This document shows, piece by piece, positions 16,459-23,288 of a DNA stretch of 50,013 nucleotides. The number at the start of each line of letters is the position of its first letter. Within the stretch, counting starts at the first letter, position 1. Source of the stretch: an uncultured Pseudomonadota bacterium (lineage in GTDB: Bacteria > Pseudomonadota > Alphaproteobacteria > Rs-D84); the NCBI GenBank assembly GCA_902787665.1, contig CADAHF010000003.1, positions 1 to 50,013 of the forward strand, in the 5' to 3' direction. The notes below the pieces were generated by a model. That model saw only the letters and a program-made list of their open reading frames with translations, did no database searches and was not told the DNA's origin. A program made the translations under genes and the position numbers.

Positions 16459-17814
16459 ATGATAAAACACTTTCGCAAAATGTTTATGTATGTGAATCGT
16501 CTGGCGGTACTTGCGCTGGTTATATTTGGTGTCGGGTGTCAACAGGTTGCAAATCAAGAAACTGCGCCAGTATACGATACGGTTACGGTTGTGAATAATA
16601 TGGTTATTGATGAAAATTCAGTGCCTATTTTCCCAAAAAAAGCGGCATTGACAACCGATACTGCACGCCGTTTTTCAATTGAATTGCCAAAAAGATGCAG
16701 TGTTGATTGGAATAATCAAAATGTAATATCTGTGGTTCCCGAAGAAAAAATAGAAGTTGTGCGTTTGGATACAGGTGATGTATTGCCTGAATTAAAAGTT
16801 TCTGATTATGAATTTAGAAAGGTAACCGTGCGTCAAGCATTAGACAAGTTGCTTGATGGTGTTGATATTGATGTTATTGAAGACAGCCAGATGACAGAAA
16901 AAATATCTGGAACTATATCAACGGGTGCTTTGTCTGATGCAGTTGAATTGATGGCAAAAATGGGGCGCGTTTATTATTACTATGATGCAGAAGAGGGCGC
17001 AATTCATTTAACTCATCGTGCAAAGTGGTTGATAAAAATGCCGCAAAACGAAACTATAATTATGGCATTGCTTGACGCGATGCATGGCGCAGATATGCGA
17101 AATATGCTTGTTGACTGGAACGATAAAACGATTGTTTTTGAAGGTAACTATCAAACAGAACGCGAAGTTGCAAAAATTATTTCTGATATTGCTTCCAAAA
17201 AATATATGTTGGCATGGGATATTGATGTTTACCGTGTGTATCCACGCACAGATAACCCAATTATTTGGATGAATATGTTCCCGGCATTTGGCGATAAAAA
17301 TATCAAGATGTCGATACCTGGTGTTGTTGGTCGTGCTGTTGTTGTTGGGCCAGAAATAAATACAAAAACATTACAGGAATTTATGCAACAACAAGCAAAT
17401 GTTGTTCTTATATCCCAGGGAACATTTGCAATTCCAAATGGTTGGCAATCAAGGTTTGATATTGGTCAATGCAGCAAAGAAGAAAGATTGGAAACAGACT
17501 TGATTGTTGGTGCAACGGCTAAATATGGCGATTTTGGTGGACGCAATAAGGTTGACGCAAAGATTGTATTGCGGACATCTAATGGTGAATTAACATCTTT
17601 TACAATTCCATCAACAATTGGTGATAATTATATAATTGTTGGAATTCCAACACATTCATTTGTCACAACCCCGGAAACATTGATAAGCCCGTTTGCAGAA
17701 TTGGTTGTATTTATGTCGCCACGGTTGATATCAATTGTTGATCCGGCAAGTGTTAAAACAACAGCTCAGGGTGCATTGGTTGGTGATGCGTTGCGGGCGT
17801 TCTTGAACGAATAG
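16459..17814 (+). CDS. Large lipoprotein with secretin-like features, function unknown
   Basis: ATG at 16459 is preceded by AAAGGAAAG. Lipobox 'IFGVGC'. 'VTVRQALDKLLDGVDIDVI' is N0/STN-like. The C-terminal 'VVLISQGTFAIPNGWQSRFDIG ... IIVGIPT ... ELVVFMSPRLI' resembles the secretin domain pattern. The CDS call is solid. The family call is tentative. Confidence 0.6.
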   Translation: MIKHFRKMFMYVNRLAVLALVIFGVGCQQVANQETAPVYDTVTVVNNMVIDENSVPIFPKKAALTTDTARRFSIELPKRCSVDWNNQNVISVVPEEKIEVVRLDTGDVLPELKVSDYEFRKVTVRQALDKLLDGVDIDVIEDSQMTEKISGTISTGALSDAVELMAKMGRVYYYYDAEEGAIHLTHRAKWLIKMPQNETIIMALLDAMHGADMRNMLVDWNDKTIVFEGNYQTEREVAKIISDIASKKYMLAWDIDVYRVYPRTDNPIIWMNMFPAFGDKNIKMSIPGVVGRAVVVGPEINTKTLQEFMQQQANVVLISQGTFAIPNGWQSRFDIGQCSKEERLETDLIVGATAKYGDFGGRNKVDAKIVLRTSNGELTSFTIPSTIGDNYIIVGIPTHSFVTTPETLISPFAELVVFMSPRLISIVDPASVKTTAQGALVGDALRAFLNE

Positions 17815-17823
17815 GGTAAAAAG

Positions 17824-19077
17824 ATGTTTTCAAAACTTGAAAGAAAAGTTGCTTGGCGATATTTGGCGATGAAAAAGCGCGGTTTTGGTTCCGTGGTTTC
17901 TTGGGTGTCGTTAATTGGTATTATGTTGGGCGTAGCAACACTTATTGTTGTGATGTCTGTTATGGGCGGTTTTCACGATACACTTTTGTCGCGCATTGTG
18001 GGAATGAATGGTCATGTTGTCATTTATCATCAAGACGGCGCAATCAAAGATTATGATTTTTTAATTGATAAAATAAAACAAAACAAGATCGTAAATACAC
18101 ACACAACATCTGTTGTTCCAATTGCAGAAGGGCAAGTGATGGCAACTGCGAACGGAAACAATACTGGTGCAATGGTGCGTGGAATTCGTATGTCTGATTT
18201 AGCAGAAAAATCAAAAATGGGCGCACATATATATGGTAAACCACTTGATAAAATAAGTGATGGTGAATTGGTTGCGGGTGCGTCGTTAACGCGTGCGTTA
18301 AATGTTACAATGGGTGATAATATATCGCTGGTATCTGCAAACGGGGCAACACCAACACCATTTGGAACAATGCCGCGTATTATGGCATATCCGGTTATGA
18401 CATCGTTCTTTATGGGTATGTATGAATATGATTCAGGGTATATATTTATGCCATTGGAAACTGCCCAGAAATATTTGAATATCGGTGATGCCGTTACTCA
18501 TATTGATTTGTTCTTGAAAGATCCCGAAGATACAAATACTGTTTTAAACGCATTGGTTCGTTTGTTACCAGATGGTTTTGTGGTGCGCGATTGGCGTGAT
18601 TTAAATCGTGGTTTTGTCGGCGCATTACAGGTTGAATCTAATGTTATGTTTTTAATTTTGCTGCTTATTGTAATTGTCGCGGCGTTTAATATAGTGTCAT
18701 CTTTGGTTATGCTGGTTAAAGATAAAAACAAAGATATCGCTGTGTTGCGCACATTTGGGGTTTCGCGGCGTTCGATGATGAAAATATTTATTTTATCTGG
18801 GACCAGTATTGGTGTTATTGGTGCGTTTTTTGGAATGATTCTTGGGGTAATTGTTGCGATTTATATTGAACCTATAAGGCAGTTTTTCCAGTGGGCAACT
18901 GGACGCGATTTGTTCCCAGCGGAATTATATTATTTGTCAGAATTACCATCAAAACTAGTAGTTAGTCAGGTTGTTGGAATTGTTGTGTTAGCGATAGCAT
19001 TGGCGTTTTTGGCAACTATTTATCCGGCATGGAAAGCGGCAAACACAGACCCAGTTGATGTATTAAGAAATGAATAA
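17824..19077 (+). CDS. Lipoprotein-releasing system permease, LolC/LolE family
   Basis: 'ERKVAWRYLAMKK...FGSVVSWVSLIGIMLGVATLIVVMSVMGGF' followed by a periplasmic domain and C-terminal FtsX TM segments. The C-terminal 'DPVDVLRNE' is typical of the family. Confidence 0.85.
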   Translation: MFSKLERKVAWRYLAMKKRGFGSVVSWVSLIGIMLGVATLIVVMSVMGGFHDTLLSRIVGMNGHVVIYHQDGAIKDYDFLIDKIKQNKIVNTHTTSVVPIAEGQVMATANGNNTGAMVRGIRMSDLAEKSKMGAHIYGKPLDKISDGELVAGASLTRALNVTMGDNISLVSANGATPTPFGTMPRIMAYPVMTSFFMGMYEYDSGYIFMPLETAQKYLNIGDAVTHIDLFLKDPEDTNTVLNALVRLLPDGFVVRDWRDLNRGFVGALQVESNVMFLILLLIVIVAAFNIVSSLVMLVKDKNKDIAVLRTFGVSRRSMMKIFILSGTSIGVIGAFFGMILGVIVAIYIEPIRQFFQWATGRDLFPAELYYLSELPSKLVVSQVVGIVVLAIALAFLATIYPAWKAANTDPVDVLRNE

Positions 19078-19801
19078 AGGAAATACGACAATGGCAAGCA
19101 TATTAAATTCTTTATCAAGGGTAAGTCGCGGCGATGTCGTTATGTCTGTGCGTGATATAAAAAAGACTTTTATCGAAGGCGGACAACCGTTGCATATTTT
19201 GCGTGGTGGTGGCTTTGATTTGCATCGGGGTGAAATAATTGCGCTTGTTGGACCATCTGGGTCTGGTAAATCAACATTATTACAATGCGTTGGGTTGCTT
19301 GATAAACCGACATCGGGCAGTATTGTTATTGCTGGTACCCCTGTTCAAAAAATGAGTGAAGATGCCCGTACAATTATTCGGCGTAAAAAAATTGGTTTTG
19401 TATATCAAAGACACAATTTATTATCTGATTTTACAGCCGTTGAAAATGTTGTATTACCAATGTTGGCAAATGATGTGGATGAAGATTTGGCGCAAAAGCG
19501 TGCATTGAAATTATTGCGGGCGGCTGGTGTTGCACATCGTGCATCACACTTGCCTGGTGAAATGTCTGGTGGCGAACAACAACGTACCGCGGTTGCGCGC
19601 GCGTTGGCAAACGAACCAGAAATTTTATTAGCCGATGAACCAACGGGCAGTTTGGATCCGGCGCATGCCACGGCTGTATTTGAACAGTTGTTATCATTGG
19701 TGCGAAAGAATAATATGGCGATGTTGTTTGTTACACATGATATGGGACTTGCTTCCCGGGCGGATAAAAAAATTACTATTGCAAATGGTATTGTAAAATA
19801 G
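19070..19801 (+). CDS. lolD: Lipoprotein-releasing system ATP-binding protein LolD
   Basis: Walker A 'GPSGSGKSTL', 'MSGGEQQRTAVARAL', 'LLADEPTGSLD'. It overlaps the lolC/E stop by 8 nt. The true start could be a downstream Met. Confidence 0.85.
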   Translation: MNKGNTTMASILNSLSRVSRGDVVMSVRDIKKTFIEGGQPLHILRGGGFDLHRGEIIALVGPSGSGKSTLLQCVGLLDKPTSGSIVIAGTPVQKMSEDARTIIRRKKIGFVYQRHNLLSDFTAVENVVLPMLANDVDEDLAQKRALKLLRAAGVAHRASHLPGEMSGGEQQRTAVARALANEPEILLADEPTGSLDPAHATAVFEQLLSLVRKNNMAMLFVTHDMGLASRADKKITIANGIVK

Positions 19802-19836
19802 TTAAAATAGATTCAAAGAGGACAGAGGAGAGAGAA

Positions 19837-20388
19837 ATGAAAAAGCAAACAATATCAAAAAAGCAACAGGCGACCAAACCAATCATGGTTGTTCGTGTTG
19901 TTCACAATCGTTGGCAACGTTTTTGGGGTGTGGTTGCTTTAACTGGTTTGTTTTTGTGTGGCTTTTTTGTTGGTATGGCAATTAATTCGCCAAAGATTCA
20001 CAATGATCAAACAGGGCAGGTTATAGAAGATTCTGTGGAAACACCAGATGTGTGTGTCCAGGTTGAACGTCTGCTTATGAAACATTTGCCTGTTGCCAAT
20101 GATAATGTTGATAATCGTATTGAACGCGCAAAAGTATATGTAAGTTTGGCTGAACGCGGGTGTATTGAAAATACAGACAGGTATGCAGAATTAGCGCGTC
20201 AAGAACTGGAAATTGCACGCGCAGTTGACGATGATAATTTTAATCATGCCGAAACAATTGATATGGTTGAAACTTACAAACGGCTTAATATGCAGGCTGC
20301 TGCCGAAGAAATTTTTGAAAAAGCGAAAAAGTTAACCGATCCGACCATAGATTTTATTATTCAAATTGAAAAAATTATAAACGAATAA
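19837..20388 (+). CDS. Membrane-anchored hypothetical protein
   Basis: GAGGAGAGAG lies upstream of the ATG. A single N-terminal TM segment (WGVVALTGLFLCGFFVGMAI) is followed by a helical acidic domain. Confidence 0.55.
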   Translation: MKKQTISKKQQATKPIMVVRVVHNRWQRFWGVVALTGLFLCGFFVGMAINSPKIHNDQTGQVIEDSVETPDVCVQVERLLMKHLPVANDNVDNRIERAKVYVSLAERGCIENTDRYAELARQELEIARAVDDDNFNHAETIDMVETYKRLNMQAAAEEIFEKAKKLTDPTIDFIIQIEKIINE

Positions 20389-20403
20389 CTTTAAGGGTAA
20401 AAA

Positions 20404-21087
20404 ATGAAAGCGCGGATACTGTTTTTATGTTTGTTACCGATATGTGCATTTGCAGACGATGCACAGAAAATTGTTGATCGCAAGACATGCGAACAAATTA
20501 AAACAGAAATAGCTGATTTGTCTGCAATTCAAAATCCAACCGCAGAAGACCAGGAAACATTAAAACAGTTAAACGCGCAACAACGCACATATTGTGCTAT
20601 TAAGGGAAATGGTCGTCGGACAATATCGCGACCGGGCGCCAATATGTCTGTAACGCCAAGTGAAAATATAGATACGAAAGAACCGGTGACAACTGGCGAT
20701 GTGTTGGAAGAATATATTGCGGCTAAGAAGGCTAATTGTGAAAAATTAAATGCCGGGATGGAAAAATTAAAATCTGATACAGCCAAGGAATACATAGTCA
20801 AAGAAATGCAACGTTATTATAATGCGGACTGTGTAACGGTTACACCAACTGCGGAACCAGTTGAAACAGTTGTTTCTGTGACAGCTGTTTCAGAAGCACC
20901 AATCCAGACAATTAGTGATGAAGAATTTAATGCGAATATAGCGGCTGGCTTGTGTGGTGATGGAACCAAACCAAACAAGTTTGGATGTTGTGCGGATGAG
21001 GTTTTCCGTGATATGGGTAATACAGTATTTGCATGTTGTCCGCGCAGCGGTGGTGACTGTTTCCCGCCGATAACCAAGGCGCAATAA
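20404..21087 (+). CDS. Secreted hypothetical protein with Cys-rich C-terminus
   Basis: Signal peptide 'MKARILFLCLLPICAFA'. C-terminal 'LCGDGTKPNKFGCCADEVFRDMGNTVFACCPRSGGDC'. Confidence 0.55.
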   Translation: MKARILFLCLLPICAFADDAQKIVDRKTCEQIKTEIADLSAIQNPTAEDQETLKQLNAQQRTYCAIKGNGRRTISRPGANMSVTPSENIDTKEPVTTGDVLEEYIAAKKANCEKLNAGMEKLKSDTAKEYIVKEMQRYYNADCVTVTPTAEPVETVVSVTAVSEAPIQTISDEEFNANIAAGLCGDGTKPNKFGCCADEVFRDMGNTVFACCPRSGGDCFPPITKAQ

Positions 21088-21091
21088 TCAC

Positions 21092-21119
21092 TTGATTTTT
21101 ACCCAGATTGATATATAAT
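21092..21119 (+). promoter_or_regulatory. Sigma70-type promoter candidate for the tRNA-Gly/tRNA-Tyr pair
   Basis: TTGATT (21092-21097), 16-nt spacer, TATAAT (21114-21119). tRNA-Gly starts at 21140. Confidence 0.55.
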
Positions 21120-21139
21120 TTGCTGGCTTACGATTTATC

Positions 21140-21214
21140 GCGGGCATAGTACAAGGGCTAGTACGCAAGCCTTCCAAGCTTGATGTGCGGGTTCGAGTCC
21201 CGCTGCCCGCACCA
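21140..21214 (+). tRNA. tRNA-Gly (anticodon UCC)
   Basis: Acceptor GCGGGCA/TGCCCGC, D stem GTAC/GTAC, anticodon stem CAAGC/GCTTG with loop CTTCCAA, T arm GCGGG-TTCGAGT-CCCGC, A73 and encoded CCA. Total 75 nt. Confidence 0.9.
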
Positions 21215-21260
21215 CACTTCGCATCTGCGATGCTTCGTGTGGCAAGCCATGATAAGTTTT

Positions 21261-21346
21261 GGGTGCGCGCCGGAGTTGGAGAGCCGGGGCAGACTGTAAA
21301 TCTGTTGGCTACGCCTGAGGTGGTCCGAATCCACCCGCACCCACCA
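21261..21346 (+). tRNA. tRNA-Tyr (anticodon GUA), class II with long variable arm
   Basis: Acceptor GGGTGCG/CGCACCC, anticodon stem GCAGA/TCTGT with loop CTGTAAA, 13-nt variable arm TGGCTACGCCTGA, T arm GGTGG-TCCGAAT-CCACC, A73 and encoded CCA. Total 86 nt. Confidence 0.85.
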
Positions 21347-21352
21347 AAACGC

Positions 21353-21380
21353 AAACCGACCAAATATGGTCGGTTTTTGT
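21353..21380 (+). terminator. Rho-independent terminator after the tRNA operon
   Basis: ACCGACC (21355-21361) / GGTCGGT (21368-21374), loop AAATAT, followed by a T-run. Confidence 0.6.
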
Positions 21381-21517
21381 TTTGACAGGTGCGGGTGGAT
21401 GCGCCAGAGTGTGAAGCACGCATGGCGAATACGCAGATGAACAATTAGAAAAATCATAAAAACGGAGTTTGTAAATACGAGTTTTTATAGATTTTTATTA
21501 TTGTTTATCAAGGATAG

Positions 21518-21531
21518 ACCCGCACCCACCA
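21518..21531 (+). repeat. Direct copy of the tRNA-Tyr 3' end (ACCCGCACCCACCA)
   Basis: Identical 14-mer at 21333-21346 (tRNA 3' end) and 21518-21531. An inverted 13-mer GGTGCGGGTGGAT lies at 21388-21400. Confidence 0.7.
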
Positions 21532-21535
21532 CAAT

Positions 21536-21566
21536 AAAAAACACCGGTATTTGCCGGTGTTTTTTA
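21536..21566. terminator. Rho-independent terminator (serves the minus-strand tfoX-like gene)
   Basis: ACACCGG (21541-21547) / CCGGTGT (21554-21560), with an A-run and a T-run on either side. Confidence 0.7.
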
Positions 21567-21875
21567 TCTCTTTTTCTTGTCTGGTAATTCTGGATACATG
21601 GCGTTAAACAGTTTCGTCAACAATTCCCGATTTTCAATGTCTGGAATCATTATCATGGGCGAACCTTTTGGATAGGGAATTTCCAGTGGCGCGTTTGGTA
21701 ATATTTCCTTGGCCGATTTTGTCGGTTTTATCAAAAAACGATTGTCGTAAATTCCGCCAATAACACGCCCGTGATAATAAATTATAAATTCGCCCATCAT
21801 TGCACGATAGTCAACATCTGGCAAATCTGATAATTGTTCCAAGATAAAATCAAGATATTCTTTGGTTGATGACAT
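21564..21875 (-). CDS. TfoX/Sxy N-terminal domain protein
   Basis: 'KEYLDFILEQLSDL...YRAMMGEFIIYYHGRVIGGIYDNRFLIK' fits the TfoX_N pattern (..rkMFGgygly.dgk.fa.i.dd.lylK). Start placed at MSSTKEY. Confidence 0.65.
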   Translation of the reverse strand: MSSTKEYLDFILEQLSDLPDVDYRAMMGEFIIYYHGRVIGGIYDNRFLIKPTKSAKEILPNAPLEIPYPKGSPMIMIPDIENRELLTKLFNAMYPELPDKKKR

Positions 21876-21877
21876 TT

Positions 21878-22432
21878 TTACATTTGCCCATTGCCCCATG
21901 TTTTCAATTCGCTAATTGAAACATCGTTTGGAAAACGTTTGCCAATCAAAACATTTGCGCCTGGGGCAAGCGCGCGAATATCTGTGGCTGCTTCGTCTGT
22001 GGATGGGGTGCTGCCCGATGTGGCAAATGGTATAATTGTTTTTCCGGCAAAATCATAAGATTCAACAAATGTGTCTATGATTGATGGTTCGCGTCCCCAC
22101 CAGATTGGAAAGCCGATAAAGATATATTTGTATTTGGACATATCTGTAATTTTGTTCGCAATTACTGGCCGAGAATTTCTGTTTTCCATTTCAACAGAAG
22201 AACGGCTTTTATCATTACGCCAATTTAAATCGTCCGATGTATATAATGTTTCTGGTGTAATTTCGAAAATGTCGGCATTGATTGCCATTGCTAAACTTTC
22301 TGCAACGGCGCGCGTGTTACCAGTTGCACTGAAATACGCAACCAATTTATCATTGTTGGTTTTAAATGGTATTAACAACAATAATAATATGCCGATTAAA
22401 ATAATGACTGCGATTGAAATGGATTTATACAT
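21878..22432 (-). CDS. Flavodoxin-like protein with N-terminal membrane anchor or signal
   Basis: 'LVAYFSATGNTRAVAE' (FMN phosphate loop), 'IFIGFPIWWG', 'IIPFATSG'. N-terminal hydrophobic 'ISIAVIILIGILLLLLIPF'. Confidence 0.8.
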   Translation of the reverse strand: MYKSISIAVIILIGILLLLLIPFKTNNDKLVAYFSATGNTRAVAESLAMAINADIFEITPETLYTSDDLNWRNDKSRSSVEMENRNSRPVIANKITDMSKYKYIFIGFPIWWGREPSIIDTFVESYDFAGKTIIPFATSGSTPSTDEAATDIRALAPGANVLIGKRFPNDVSISELKTWGNGQM

Positions 22433-22523
22433 CTTTTTCTCCTTGGTTATTATATGTACATTGTATTTTGTTTGATTGGTTTTTGCAACAGGGTTATAAT
22501 GCTTGATATAAAAAGGAGAAAAA

Positions 22524-22781
22524 ATGTCACAAATATGTCAAAGTTGCGCAATGCCGATGGAAGATGAGACCTTATATGGAACAAATGCGGATGGTTCAAC
22601 AAATTCAGATTATTGCAAATATTGTTATAAAGACGGTGACTTTTTACAAAAAGCAACAATGGAAGAGTATATTGAAATGATGGTTCCGTTTGCCTCCCAG
22701 GCGGGTATGACAGGTGACCAAATGCGAGAATATTGTAAATCTGTTTATCCAACACTAAAACGGTGGAAAAAACAGCAATAA
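22524..22781 (+). CDS. Putative zinc-ribbon domain protein
   Basis: 'CQSCAMPM...YGTNADGS...DYCKYCYKDGDF' is the CxxC...CxxC pattern of the Zn_ribbon_2-type small proteins. GGAG lies upstream and a terminator follows. Confidence 0.7.
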   Translation: MSQICQSCAMPMEDETLYGTNADGSTNSDYCKYCYKDGDFLQKATMEEYIEMMVPFASQAGMTGDQMREYCKSVYPTLKRWKKQQ

Positions 22782-22808
22782 AAAAGCCGGCATTTGCCGG
22801 TTTTTTTA
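22781..22808. terminator. Bidirectional rho-independent terminator
   Basis: CCGGCA (22787-22792) / TGCCGG (22795-22800), flanked by A and T runs, between convergent ORFs. Confidence 0.7.
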
Positions 22809-23231
22809 ACGCGTTTTTGTAAAACGTTGCCACTGTTTTTCTGACAGATCTTTGTCCTGAATGCGTTTGACATACCCCATAAAATCACGCATTACATACA
22901 TTATTTCAACGCCATAATCACCAAACAAATATTGGACTTCGCGTTTTGTGAATTTCTGGGCAGTATATACAAATTCAAAAAGGTTGCGACGCAAATTACC
23001 ATTCGGCAGATATTTATATTTACGTGGCCGACCAGTAAGAAAATTTTTAATTTGTGTTGCTGCGCCTTGCTGGTGAATTGGGGTAAATGAAATATTTTTT
23101 TCTTTTCTGAACACCGCCAAACCGACATGCCCAAGATTTTTTTCTATGGCTTTTTCATCTGGGGCAAATCTTTGCACAATTTGATCGATAGTGTCCGAAG
23201 TTTGAGAATATATTTCCGTTGGTGATGGCAT
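22806..23231 (-). CDS. Hypothetical protein (141 aa)
   Basis: ORF with GGAGAT upstream of the ATG, bounded by terminators on both sides. No family recognised. Confidence 0.5.
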   Translation of the reverse strand: MPSPTEIYSQTSDTIDQIVQRFAPDEKAIEKNLGHVGLAVFRKEKNISFTPIHQQGAATQIKNFLTGRPRKYKYLPNGNLRRNLFEFVYTAQKFTKREVQYLFGDYGVEIMYVMRDFMGYVKRIQDKDLSEKQWQRFTKTR

Positions 23232-23256
23232 GTATATCTCCTGTAAATAATTGAGA

Positions 23257-23288
23257 TAAAAAGGACCGGCCTTTACCGGTCCTTTTTG
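23257..23288. terminator. Rho-independent terminator
   Basis: GGACCGG (23263-23269) / CCGGTCC (23276-23282), loop CCTTTA, followed by a T-run. Confidence 0.7.

Noticed and set aside
21088-21457. ORFs of 118, 99 and 66 aa overlapping the tRNA-Gly/tRNA-Tyr region
   Set aside because: They run across or antisense to two well-folded tRNA genes and their terminator. They are GC-rich only because of the tRNAs and have no RBS, so they are spurious.
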